DNA of 64,000 nt from the IMG/VR virus record IMGVR_UViG_3300023184_000037, positions 32,001 to 96,000 of that record; one strand, given 5' to 3'. Source of the DNA: a virus. How positions within the stretch are numbered: the stretch's first letter is position 1; each line of letters starts with the position of its first letter. The position numbers and the translations under genes are program-made. This document shows, in pieces, positions 1 to 9,658 of this stretch. The notes beneath the pieces are model-generated. The model made no database searches, was not told where the DNA came from, and saw nothing but the letters and a program-made list of their open reading frames with translations.

Positions 1-2
1 GA

Positions 3-677
3 AGAGAATGGCCAAGTAGAATTAATAATATTAATCCAGAGACTGTTGCACCTCAACCAACGCCTGCAGCACCTCCTGCAACTCCTCCAGCCCCAGAACC
101 GGTTCCACCACCACCGGCTCCAGAACCACCAGCAAAACCAGAGTACACTGTTAGCGGTAAAATAGAAAGTAAAATCAAAAATTGGACGGCAAGCGTGGTT
201 CAAGGAGAATGGAAGGTTACACCAGAAGGTTCTCCAGCCCCTAGCAAAATCAATATTGAATTTAAAGACACAAAAACTAGTGCAATGAATTTACAGCCTG
301 CTCAAGTTGCAGCAGACGGTAAATGGACTCTAAATATTGCAAAAGAACAAATACCAGTTGGAAAATATAGTGTGACTGCAAAACTAGAAGCCCCTGGTGG
401 AGAAACAGCAGAAGGTACTTTAGGAAATACTTCAGTTGTTAAATGGACGCCAGATAGCGTTATAAGCGGACCTGATGTTATTAGACTTGGAAATGTATAC
501 TTTAGAAATGAAGTTAAAAATGGAAAAGAACCGGATACTTTTGTTGGAACATATACTCAAAAAGGAGAAGCAACTGATAATGGAAATACATCTCCAATGT
601 CTGGAAAAGTAGAAGGAACTAGCTCACAAAAAGTAATTTCAGACACTCAAGCAGCTATGAGGTCAGAAATGTCGTAA
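3..677 (+). CDS. C-terminal part of a virion protein (gene starts before the window): REWP motif, Pro-rich linker, Ig-like beta domain; possibly baseplate hub
   Basis: The frame of ORF 195..677 is open back to position 3 (REWPSRINNINPETVAPQPTPAAPPATPPAPEPVPPPPAPEPPAKP...). 'ADGKWTLNI...GKYSVTAKLE' resembles Ig-like folds. Lies upstream of gp5-like gene. Confidence 0.5.
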   Translation, partial: REWPSRINNINPETVAPQPTPAAPPATPPAPEPVPPPPAPEPPAKPEYTVSGKIESKIKNWTASVVQGEWKVTPEGSPAPSKINIEFKDTKTSAMNLQPAQVAADGKWTLNIAKEQIPVGKYSVTAKLEAPGGETAEGTLGNTSVVKWTPDSVISGPDVIRLGNVYFRNEVKNGKEPDTFVGTYTQKGEATDNGNTSPMSGKVEGTSSQKVISDTQAAMRSEMS

Positions 678-700
678 TAAATAAAAATAATATATAATAC

Positions 701-1906
701 ATGTCAGATTTTAAAACAACAATGGATTTTAGAAAGGGTTCCTATAGGAAATATCCTTACCAAGATCCGACGTATCTTTCTTTCGCGATATTATTTGATT
801 TTTATGATATAGAAAGTTCACCACTTCTTGCTGGAGGGGCAGAAACTTTCCTAAAAGGATTAGCAGATCAAGACGCTTTTTATGCAGATCGACTTAATGA
901 CTTACAGAATTTTATAAAAACACTAGGTGAAATTAACAAAGAATTGCCGTGGTTTTGGCAAAGTTTTAAAGGACTTGAGAGATTACAGCAGTACAATCCT
1001 GAAAATGCATATATGGGTGGTGATGATGCCAAGTTTGAAATTGAAACCCTAGAATCTTTAAATCTTACAATCTCAGGTTTAATGCACTTATATAGAAGAG
1101 CAATATTTGATGAGAGAAAATGGACTTATATAATTCCCGCTAATTTAAGAAAATTTAGAATGTGGGTATATGTTACCGAAATTCGATCGATTGCAATTAT
1201 AGAAAATATAAAGGTAAATGGTATTCCTAAAAAACTGGATAAAAGTACAATAACTGGATTCCCAGATAATGTTAAACCTAAAATTGACGTAGAAAATAAA
1301 AACGCAGGTATCTCTGGTACCGAAGGACGTCCTTACTTTTTAATAGGAGCAAAATACTGTGAGTTTGACTTAGCGTCAGGAACAACTATTTTTGCGGATC
1401 TTAATAAGAACCCGGAAATGGCAAAAGAGGCTCTTACTATAAAATATGAAAAACTTGAAAAGGTAGAGGCAAGAGTATTGAATGGAATAGTTAAACAAAG
1501 TTATGCAGAGGGACAATTGTCGCCATCTCCTGACCAAGAAATTTTTGCATCACAAAACAAAACACCTCTTGAATTTGCTAAAGATAAAATCAAAGGTAAA
1601 ATTGATAAAATAAAGGATAGCGCAGTTCAAGACCTTAAGGCACTTGCTGATAAAAAGAAAGCAGAACTACTTCAAAGACTAAAAGACGAAACAATTAATA
1701 GAATTCCTAAATTTGAAAATGTATTTTCAAATGTTGTAAGAAAGGCAGATCAAGCCTCTACAGCGGCATTAAATGACGCGTTAGCAGGTAGAAATATAGG
1801 TGCTGCTATCCAAGCAAATGTATATGGGATCCTACCTGGTACTACAATAGGACAGGGACTTAATAGAGCCGCAATTAATAACTTAGGTAACGTTTATAAT
1901 AAATAA
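701..1906 (+). CDS. Putative baseplate/tail-tube initiator-like structural protein
   Basis: 401 aa, preceded by late-type motif AATATATA (689-696), adjacent to gp5-like gene; call is mainly from context. Confidence 0.4.
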   Translation: MSDFKTTMDFRKGSYRKYPYQDPTYLSFAILFDFYDIESSPLLAGGAETFLKGLADQDAFYADRLNDLQNFIKTLGEINKELPWFWQSFKGLERLQQYNPENAYMGGDDAKFEIETLESLNLTISGLMHLYRRAIFDERKWTYIIPANLRKFRMWVYVTEIRSIAIIENIKVNGIPKKLDKSTITGFPDNVKPKIDVENKNAGISGTEGRPYFLIGAKYCEFDLASGTTIFADLNKNPEMAKEALTIKYEKLEKVEARVLNGIVKQSYAEGQLSPSPDQEIFASQNKTPLEFAKDKIKGKIDKIKDSAVQDLKALADKKKAELLQRLKDETINRIPKFENVFSNVVRKADQASTAALNDALAGRNIGAAIQANVYGILPGTTIGQGLNRAAINNLGNVYNK

Positions 1907-2625
1907 TGGCAACAGATACCGAATTAGAAAAGGATAATATTAGAGAAACTCACTGGATTGGTGAGGTTGTTGACAATGCGGATCCTAAAGACTGGGGAAG
2001 ATGTAGAGTTAAAGTATTTGGGAAGTTTGATAAACTACCCAATGATGCAATTCCATGGGCAACTCCAATGAATAGAGACTTTGCAGGTGCACACCATACT
2101 CCAAATGTTGGAACAATTGTTGCAGTTCGTTTTGACAATGGAAATCTTTATCACCCTGAATATTGGTTTCAAATCAATCAAAGTAAAGCACTTAAAGCTG
2201 ACATTCTTGAAAAATCAGGTGCAGCGCATAATGTAGTTTCATTAGTATATGATGAAGTAAGAAATGTTAGAATCTATCACTCACCTGAAGATGGATTGGT
2301 AATTACCCGAGGAACTGGAGCTAAAGAAAGACCATTAATTCAAATTGATGAGAAGGGATATATTAAAATTTCGACTAGTGAAAAAATATTCCTTGATTCT
2401 GGAAATGTATTCTTAAGTAACACTGGAGAGGGAAGTGAAAATGAAGATGAACCTACAGTACGTGGAGTCTCTCTAGAAAAATGGTTAAATAAATTATTGG
2501 ATGATTATAAAGCCCATATTCACCCAACACCAACTGGACCGTCAGGTCCGCCTTCGCCACCGACTCCTTCGACAGTTTCAAGTCTTAAGAGTTCACATAT
2601 CACATATCAGCAAAGGAATAAATAA
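1906..2625 (+). CDS. Baseplate spike protein, gp5/gpV-like (OB fold + beta-helix + HxH tip)
   Basis: 'WIGEVVDNADPKDWGRCRVKVFG...IPWA...P.VG..V.V.F..G' Gp5 N-terminal OB signature; C-terminal HIHPTPTGPSGPP metal-binding tip motif; no lysozyme domain. Confidence 0.85.
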   Translation: MATDTELEKDNIRETHWIGEVVDNADPKDWGRCRVKVFGKFDKLPNDAIPWATPMNRDFAGAHHTPNVGTIVAVRFDNGNLYHPEYWFQINQSKALKADILEKSGAAHNVVSLVYDEVRNVRIYHSPEDGLVITRGTGAKERPLIQIDEKGYIKISTSEKIFLDSGNVFLSNTGEGSENEDEPTVRGVSLEKWLNKLLDDYKAHIHPTPTGPSGPPSPPTPSTVSSLKSSHITYQQRNK

Positions 2626-2656
2626 TTGGGATAAATATCCTATAAATTAACTCAAT

Positions 2657-4930
2657 ATGCCTGCACAGTGGCCGATATTTATTAACAACCTTTCTCAAAA
2701 ACTGGCCAGTAGAACTTCTAAAGGGCCGGACGATATTGGTATGTTTGTTGCTAATGAATATTTTAATGCAGTTAAAACTTCACAAACTCCATTTGGAAAT
2801 ATACACAAATCTGGACAGAAAGCAATACTTGAAACTGGATTTAAAAAGGCATTCAATATGCTATTCAAATCTCTTGAACCTCAACTAGAAGATAAATTTG
2901 GAAATCCACCATACGATGATATGTTTGAAAATTTACCTGGTGTAGATTTAAGCGTAAATCCAGACTGTGACTTCCAAGAGTGGACTATTAAAAACAAGGA
3001 AACTATAGACCCATTTGAATTCTATCCCCTGTTTCCTACAACATGTATAATTCCAAAGCCAATAGTCCCACCTACAAATCTATATGGAGATATCGACATA
3101 ACTTCCGAAAATGTTGACTCTCAACCAGAACTACGATATGTTACAATGACGGTTGAAGGTGGTGGTGGAACCTTTCCATACGAATTTACATATTCATTAA
3201 ATGGAGTAATACAACCAACATTGACTTCTGATAGTCAGGGAGTTGTAAAGTTTTTAGCTCCTACTGATGTTGGAAAATGGGATTACACATTTATTAGTGC
3301 AATAGACGCATCTAAAAGAGAAGAGATTAAAAATATAGATAGAAGTGCTTCGATTGAAATTAAAAAAGATCCGAAAGCAATCGATATTAAAGTTGATCCA
3401 CCAAAACCATTTCCTTTAGTAAAGCCGATGACTGAGGCTCAGCAAATTGATGAGCTAGCAAATAGAGTATACTATCAAAATGACGGAACCGAAGAATATC
3501 TTGATTGGGTTGAAAGACTTTCATACCATGGTAAATTTGCGGCTAAAGTAAGCAAAAAAGTTTTAACTCTTTTAGATACTGAAACCAATGAAATAAAAAA
3601 GTCGACTGGAATAGTTGGTATACCGCAGGCAAGTTCTGCCGGGGCTGTTGCTACTAACAACGTTAACTTCTACGATAAGATTAATCTGATTGAAAATACT
3701 ATTAAAAAGGCACAAGACAAACTTGATAAATTAAATAAAGCGGATCCTCCTCCTGTAACTAATAGATTAGGTGATGTAGTTTCAAATAATAATCAATCTA
3801 AACCTAAAGTCGACCCAATTGAAAAGGCATATGCAAAGGTTGAGCTCCTACAAGCAAAAATTTTACTAGAAAAAACGTATATAGCAGCAGCTCAAAGATC
3901 GAATAGTGGTTATATTGATACCTATAGAAATGATAGAATTGAAAGCTTAACTAAGGAACTTTCATTAGAATTACAAATAGTTAATGTTGAAATTCTTAGA
4001 AAAAATCTTAATGAAATTAAAGATGTCAATTCAATTGACTATATAATGGCTAAGATTCGTTTATATCAAAATGAATTAACAATTGCAACATATAAAAAAG
4101 ATGATAGAAAAATAGACTCCTTAAATAGGGAGTTGACGGTGCAAGCTCTTCGAGTTATTAAGCTTAAGAATAAAATTAAAAAAGAGGCGGCTACTAATGA
4201 TCGGCTATTTCAAGAGGAATATGACGACAGACCTGATATTATGCCAACATTTATAACTTCTAATTTTATTTGTATTTTTACGTACGTTAATGGAATTGAT
4301 GACAATCAAAAGAGTGCTCCGGATAAAAATCCTTTAATTGCACTTACAACATCAACATCTAGCTCTGGATATAGTAATAATACATTTGGTAGCACTTGGG
4401 GTAATTCAAAACCAGAAACGTATTCAGAATGGTCCCGAAGAACCGAACCTGGGCGTATAAGAGCAAAGGGGATTAGATATGAACTTGAAAAGGTTAGATA
4501 TAGAGAGTTAAAAATCAGGCATATCAATCAAATTGCCGAAGATAATAAAAAGGCTGGAAACCTATGTGGAGCCGATGATGCTTATTGTGTGATGTCAAAA
4601 TGTATAATTGACTATTGGAAATCTACAGCAGCCCAGCCATTTGCAAAGTCACCGCCAATATTACCTTGTTTAATACCAGATCCTGGAAGTTACATTCCAG
4701 TATATTATGGAGATGAGGCAAAACTAGGTGCAGATTTGAGAAGAGCATGGAATACAGGTAAGCGATTTAAAATGGAGCCAACCTTACAAACTGCAACAAA
4801 AGCAGTTGCGACCGCGGTTGCAGTATCATGCGCAAGGCACTTATTGGACCTTAAGTTTATATATAGTGGAAAGATTCCAGCAGGTACTGGTACCGCCCCG
4901 ATGATAGGATTTTCACCATTGGCCCTATAA
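2657..4930 (+). CDS. Hypothetical virion-associated protein with central coiled coil
   Basis: 757 aa directly after spike gene, late-type motif GATAAATA at 2630-2637; Ig-like segment (TFPYEFTYSLNG) and K/E-rich helical region. Confidence 0.45.
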   Translation: MPAQWPIFINNLSQKLASRTSKGPDDIGMFVANEYFNAVKTSQTPFGNIHKSGQKAILETGFKKAFNMLFKSLEPQLEDKFGNPPYDDMFENLPGVDLSVNPDCDFQEWTIKNKETIDPFEFYPLFPTTCIIPKPIVPPTNLYGDIDITSENVDSQPELRYVTMTVEGGGGTFPYEFTYSLNGVIQPTLTSDSQGVVKFLAPTDVGKWDYTFISAIDASKREEIKNIDRSASIEIKKDPKAIDIKVDPPKPFPLVKPMTEAQQIDELANRVYYQNDGTEEYLDWVERLSYHGKFAAKVSKKVLTLLDTETNEIKKSTGIVGIPQASSAGAVATNNVNFYDKINLIENTIKKAQDKLDKLNKADPPPVTNRLGDVVSNNNQSKPKVDPIEKAYAKVELLQAKILLEKTYIAAAQRSNSGYIDTYRNDRIESLTKELSLELQIVNVEILRKNLNEIKDVNSIDYIMAKIRLYQNELTIATYKKDDRKIDSLNRELTVQALRVIKLKNKIKKEAATNDRLFQEEYDDRPDIMPTFITSNFICIFTYVNGIDDNQKSAPDKNPLIALTTSTSSSGYSNNTFGSTWGNSKPETYSEWSRRTEPGRIRAKGIRYELEKVRYRELKIRHINQIAEDNKKAGNLCGADDAYCVMSKCIIDYWKSTAAQPFAKSPPILPCLIPDPGSYIPVYYGDEAKLGADLRRAWNTGKRFKMEPTLQTATKAVATAVAVSCARHLLDLKFIYSGKIPAGTGTAPMIGFSPLAL

Positions 4931-4970
4931 AACAAATATATAATTTATTAACCTTTTAAAAATAATAACG

Positions 4971-6185
4971 ATGTCACAAGACGTTTTAACAAAACAAACA
5001 GAGAATTCTTTAAACGATATCTCTAACTTCGATTGGGATGCATACGCTGCAGATTGCCCATCTACTCTTAGAAAAATAAACCACCATGTAAAAGCTCCAG
5101 ACGGGGTTAAGGTGTATTCTAGAGAACCTTACGCCCAAGAACTTCTTAATTTAATGGAAAGTCACTGGAGCGAAAACACACAAACGCATACAATAAACGC
5201 CGGAGAAACACATACCGGTAAAGTCTACGCAGTAGACATGGAATGGGCATCTATCGATATTGGATATCGCGAGATGGTATACGTTCAATTGTCAAAAGAA
5301 TCCGCAATTTCAAGAGCGAGATTAGTTCCTGGAACTGAAATATCGGTTGAAATCACGGCAGAAAAAAGTAAAAGTACTCGAGGATTTGTATTGGGTTCTG
5401 TAGAAGCTGGTATTAAAGCCGCTACCCTAAGAGAAATCTTAGCAGCCGCTGAAACTGGAAATACTGCCTATATGGGAACTGTAACAAGTATGATTCCAGG
5501 TGGAGGTTACTTTGTTAACGTACAAGGAGTTGATTGTTTCATGCCGGGATCTCTAGCAGGTATTAATAAACTTGCAGACTTTGGTTCTGTAATTAACACT
5601 CAAATGTACGTAGTACCGATGAGTTACTCTCCTGAAAAAGGAACAGTAATTGTATCTCACCGAAAATATCTTCAAGCGCTTATTCCAAATGCAATTGAAG
5701 ACCTTAGAAATAATCCTGGAGAAACTAAAGAGGGTAACGTTACAGGTTCTACAAAATACGGAGTATTTGTTGAATTTGATGGTTGTTTAACTGGAATGAT
5801 TCATGCAAATGATTTAAACCCAGAAATGGCAAGAAAACATAAGGCTAGAGAAATTAATCCAGGCGATGTTATTGAATTTAAGATTAAAGAGATAATCAAT
5901 AATGATAAAATAACGTTGACTCAATTAGAGCATGTCGAAATTAGCGACCCATGGGCTGATGTTGCGACTAAGTATAAAAGCTTTCCAGTTGAAGTTAAAG
6001 GTACAATAAAATCTGTTAAAGATTATGGAGTATTTGTGGATGTTGGAGATGGTATTGTTGGATTACTTCATGTATCTGAACTTCCTGATAACGTTAAAGT
6101 GGATTCACTTGTTAAGAATGATAATATCACCGTTCAAATTACAAGAATGGACGTTGCAACCCGAAAAGTATTCTTAAAACTATAA
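4971..6185 (+). CDS. rpsA: Ribosomal protein S1-like protein (four S1 domains)
   Basis: Repeated S1 motifs: 'GGYFVNVQGVDCFMPGS', 'KYGVFVEFDGCLTGMIHANDL', 'DYGVFVDVGDGIVGLLHVSEL', 'VIVSHRKYL', 'DPW'; N-terminal FDWDAY resembles Bacteroidota RpsA. Confidence 0.88.
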   Translation: MSQDVLTKQTENSLNDISNFDWDAYAADCPSTLRKINHHVKAPDGVKVYSREPYAQELLNLMESHWSENTQTHTINAGETHTGKVYAVDMEWASIDIGYREMVYVQLSKESAISRARLVPGTEISVEITAEKSKSTRGFVLGSVEAGIKAATLREILAAAETGNTAYMGTVTSMIPGGGYFVNVQGVDCFMPGSLAGINKLADFGSVINTQMYVVPMSYSPEKGTVIVSHRKYLQALIPNAIEDLRNNPGETKEGNVTGSTKYGVFVEFDGCLTGMIHANDLNPEMARKHKAREINPGDVIEFKIKEIINNDKITLTQLEHVEISDPWADVATKYKSFPVEVKGTIKSVKDYGVFVDVGDGIVGLLHVSELPDNVKVDSLVKNDNITVQITRMDVATRKVFLKL

Positions 6186-6253
6186 TTGTTAATAACTTTT
6201 TGAAAATATTTAAGCCCAGATTTTTTTATCTGGGTTTTTTTGTTTATATTTAC
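6184..6253 (+). promoter_or_regulatory. Operator box + terminator hairpin + TATATTTAC promoter core
   Basis: AATTGTTAATAACTTTTT (6184-6201, identical at 57414-57431); stem CCCAGAT/ATCTGGG (6215-6234) followed by a T-run; TATATTTAC at 6245-6253. Confidence 0.6.
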
Positions 6254-6280
6254 ATTATAATTAAAACAGATATATAAAGC

Positions 6281-7084
6281 ATGAATAAATTTAAAACATA
6301 CGGACAATTCATTAACGAGTCAAATCAGAATAATATTGTTAATGTTATTTTAGATTCGTTGGAACCTACAATTGTTGAGATGTTAGCTGCAACTGAAAAA
6401 TGGTTTGTTGAGACTTTTAAACAGGAGTTCACCAAGTATGACAGAGAGATGGCTAGAATCAATTTAACCTATGATATGGTTAAATCTATTGAAATGTACA
6501 CATTGCCAACCGATTCACTGTTATCAATGAACGTACGTAAGAGTGTTAAAGGAAATATTCAAATTGATGCTCAAATCCAAAGAGGAGAAGAGACTTACAG
6601 TTTTTCTACCGAGGCTATTTATGCAGGAGGACATAACATCCAAAGACTTCACTATAGATATATTGTTAAGACAAATATTCCAAAAACTGGCGCTAGCGAA
6701 ATCGCTAAAGAATATGCTGAGAAAATTAAGAAAATGTCTAAGCTTGAAAAACTGAATAAAGAAATTGAAAGTTACGAGATTAGAATTAAAAGAACCGAAG
6801 AAAAAATTGAAGTAAATTCAAAATTGAATGACGATGAAATACTGAATGTTTTAAAGTCTGGTAAAGATTGGTACGAATGGCCAACGTGGTCTGAAATTGT
6901 AAAGAGAGATGCTGCTAAGAATTATGACAATGATGAAAACGTATTCAACCAAAAACAAAAAGAAAGCATGGACTTTAAGATAAAATTCTGGAAGGATATG
7001 AATGTTGATTCACAGAGAAAATACCTTGCAGACTATCAAAAAACCGTTAAAAAACTACAAGCAAAACGGGATTCTATTGTATAG
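6281..7084 (+). CDS. Putative internal head protein with capsid-targeting leader
   Basis: N-terminus MNKFKTYGQFINE resembles the T4 internal-protein CTS (MKTYQEFIAE); GATATATA at 6269-6276. Confidence 0.55.
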   Translation: MNKFKTYGQFINESNQNNIVNVILDSLEPTIVEMLAATEKWFVETFKQEFTKYDREMARINLTYDMVKSIEMYTLPTDSLLSMNVRKSVKGNIQIDAQIQRGEETYSFSTEAIYAGGHNIQRLHYRYIVKTNIPKTGASEIAKEYAEKIKKMSKLEKLNKEIESYEIRIKRTEEKIEVNSKLNDDEILNVLKSGKDWYEWPTWSEIVKRDAAKNYDNDENVFNQKQKESMDFKIKFWKDMNVDSQRKYLADYQKTVKKLQAKRDSIV

Positions 7085-7136
7085 TTATTTTTTAATTGGA
7101 TATATAACCTAACTTAAGTTAATATATCCAAATTGA

Positions 7137-8429
7137 ATGAATAATCTAAATGAATCTAGTATTTTACAGAATGCCCTAGTTGGCGTTGAATTTGAATTTT
7201 ACTCAAATTTCAGTGCGGAAGATACTGCAAAAAAACTTGCAAAATTACTTGGCAAAAAAATTCACGTTGAGGATAAAGCACATAGTGATTTTGAAGTAAC
7301 CAAAGATGAATTTAAAATAGAACCTGATATGTCGGGTGGCGCTAAACTTCTTGAGTTGGTTACTGGAGCCCTTCCATATACCGCAGCCCGATTAATGATA
7401 ATTAATGTTTGTAAGTGGATTGAAGAGAACGGATATACTAACGACAGGTCTTCGATACATTTGAATCTTTCATTTGATAAATCAAAAATTGAAAACAAGT
7501 ATCGTATCTCTAAGATGAACGTTCTTAAATTCATTTTAGATTTTAATGAAGAGCAAGTATTCAAATTCTTCCCTAAAAGAGAAAACTCAGCCTACGCAAA
7601 ATCGATTAAATTTGTACTTCCAAAAGAGGACACTTACTTCTTTGATGGAAAACACATCAATCAACAGAATTTTATTTACCCTGATACAAAATACTACGGG
7701 ATAAATTTTGACAAGAGACATAAAAATTATCTTGAATTCCGATATATTGGAGGAAAGGATTGGGAAAAGAAAACAACTACAATTCTCTACTTAGTTGATC
7801 GTTTCCTACTTCAATTATGGAAATCAACAGAAAACACCGACTTTACGGAATTAAATGCAATTGAATTAAAAAAGATAGTTGCAAACAATCAAAGAATAAT
7901 CGACGCTAGAAGGGACTGGAAAACAATTAAAGATAATTGGAAAAATGTTAAGTTCACTGTTGATATGAAGGATGACCCTAGAGTAGTTGATATGTACTGG
8001 AGTTCAGTTAAAGAAAGAGTGATGAGATTGTTTACCCATGGAGACCTTAGTAAAGGACATATTAATTATGATTCTGACGCTGGTAAAATTCAAGTAAATG
8101 GAGGTCGTCTAGAATATTGTGTTGACCTTAGAGGATATGAATTTGTAAGTTGTTTTTTACGAGGAGAATTTACAGAATGCGATATGTATGGATGCGATGT
8201 TAGTGGTTCAGATATTCATTATTGTAATTTCTATCAATCAACTCAAATTAATAGTTCTAAATTAGATGGTTCTTATGTTCATGGTACCTGCACAGCAAAC
8301 GATTGTTATGTTTATGGAAAAGGAACTTTTAAAGGAACTATGAACGGTGGAATCTTTAGAGAGGGTACTTATGATAAAAAACTTGCTAAATTTAATGATG
8401 TTGAAATTGTTAAATCTAGAACAATATAA
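7137..8429 (+). CDS. Putative amidoligase (COOH-NH2 ligase type 2) with C-terminal pentapeptide-like/beta-helix repeats
   Basis: Motifs GVEFEF, IEPDMS, LELVT, IHLNLS, KYYGINF, LEFRYIGG; C-terminal 'FTECDMYGCDVSGSDIHYCNF' repeats. Confidence 0.7.
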   Translation: MNNLNESSILQNALVGVEFEFYSNFSAEDTAKKLAKLLGKKIHVEDKAHSDFEVTKDEFKIEPDMSGGAKLLELVTGALPYTAARLMIINVCKWIEENGYTNDRSSIHLNLSFDKSKIENKYRISKMNVLKFILDFNEEQVFKFFPKRENSAYAKSIKFVLPKEDTYFFDGKHINQQNFIYPDTKYYGINFDKRHKNYLEFRYIGGKDWEKKTTTILYLVDRFLLQLWKSTENTDFTELNAIELKKIVANNQRIIDARRDWKTIKDNWKNVKFTVDMKDDPRVVDMYWSSVKERVMRLFTHGDLSKGHINYDSDAGKIQVNGGRLEYCVDLRGYEFVSCFLRGEFTECDMYGCDVSGSDIHYCNFYQSTQINSSKLDGSYVHGTCTANDCYVYGKGTFKGTMNGGIFREGTYDKKLAKFNDVEIVKSRTI

Positions 8430-8444
8430 AAATAAAATAAAAAA

Positions 8445-9275
8445 ATGGGTAATATATTAATAGGTAACCAAGGATATCAAGAACATCCGGAATGGGACAC
8501 AGAATGCTTTAATAATTTTGTAGATGAACTTGCCGCAGATATAACAGGTTCATGCATGATACCGATGAACCTTCCAAAAAGTGAAGTTCAAAACATAGTT
8601 AAAAGAGCAAAGAAATGGTTCTATAAAAATTATGAGTATTCAGTACAAGAAAACTTTTTAGTAATTCCGGCGGAAATGTTCGCATCGGATCATTTTAAAT
8701 ATTCAAGGTCTTTTACGCTACCCGGAATGGACCCTGTAACTGGAGGTGGTGAAATATTTTCAGTATTTGCAGTACTTGAAAGAGGAAACTCTTGGGGTGG
8801 TAGTATGGATATTAACTTTACGCAAGGGGATTTTGCAATCGAAAGAATGTTAATGGGTGGTATTTATGGAGGTTCTAAAACTGGACAAGCTGCAGAAAAT
8901 TTACAATACTACGTAATCAATGAATCATTTTTTGACCTAGCTCGCCAAATTTTTAAGAATCCTTATAGTTTTCATTATAGCCAACTTACACATGAATTAA
9001 AATTCATGGGAGAAACTCCGAAAAAAGATACAATTTTAAAAGTTTACCAAACTATTCCGGAATGCGCTCTATTTGGAGATGAAGCATTTTTTAGATATTG
9101 TTCAGCTAAAATTAAAATCTCTTTAGGACAAAAACTTGGAATATTTGGATTTGCACTTCCTGGAAATATTCAAGTAAATCCAGACCTGATTAAAGGACTT
9201 GGTGAAGAGGAATTATCTTCATTGATTGAAGAAATTAAGAGTGACGAAGGTACCGACTGGATGTTCCATTCTTAA
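8445..9275 (+). CDS. Neck/head completion protein, T4 gp13-like
   Basis: C-terminal 'RYCSAKIKISLGQKLGIFGFALPGNIQVNPDLIKGLGEEEL' matches the gp13 pattern Y..A..K...G..L......LPG.+.+N. Confidence 0.7.
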   Translation: MGNILIGNQGYQEHPEWDTECFNNFVDELAADITGSCMIPMNLPKSEVQNIVKRAKKWFYKNYEYSVQENFLVIPAEMFASDHFKYSRSFTLPGMDPVTGGGEIFSVFAVLERGNSWGGSMDINFTQGDFAIERMLMGGIYGGSKTGQAAENLQYYVINESFFDLARQIFKNPYSFHYSQLTHELKFMGETPKKDTILKVYQTIPECALFGDEAFFRYCSAKIKISLGQKLGIFGFALPGNIQVNPDLIKGLGEEELSSLIEEIKSDEGTDWMFHS

Positions 9276-9291
9276 ACAAATATATATTATT

Positions 9292-9645
9292 ATGGAATTA
9301 TACATAAAAACATTAGGTGACCCTAACTATGACGAGGATCAGTTACAAATCGATGAAGATATTGCACTGATAATATCCCAAATCGAAACATTGATATTTA
9401 CCGAGAAGGGCGATGTTATGGGAGACCCTGAATTTGGGCTTAACCTTGAAGATTATGTATATTCCTTTATGTACAATGATACAATGTTACAAGGGGTAGT
9501 TCAAAGCGCTATTTCGCGATACATTCCATTAGCCGCAAAAATACCAGTCCATGTTACTGTTGAATTTGCCGAGTTAACCGAAAAAAATATGGTTTTTATA
9601 GATATATCTATTGACTATAAGCATGGAATAACTATCGCTATATAA
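9292..9645 (+). CDS. Baseplate wedge subunit, gp25-like
   Basis: 'IETLIFTEKGDVMGDPEFGLNLEDYVY' GPW/gp25 signature; likely true start ATG 9292 after AATATATA at 9279. Confidence 0.8.
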   Translation: MELYIKTLGDPNYDEDQLQIDEDIALIISQIETLIFTEKGDVMGDPEFGLNLEDYVYSFMYNDTMLQGVVQSAISRYIPLAAKIPVHVTVEFAELTEKNMVFIDISIDYKHGITIAI

Positions 9646-9658
9646 AAAAATAAATGAG

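Noticed and set aside
9226-9291. Upstream start extensions given in the ORF track (also 32648, 44809, 46958)
   Set aside because: Downstream ATGs (9292, 32702, 44848, 46970) fit promoter position, gene coupling and the CTS motif better.
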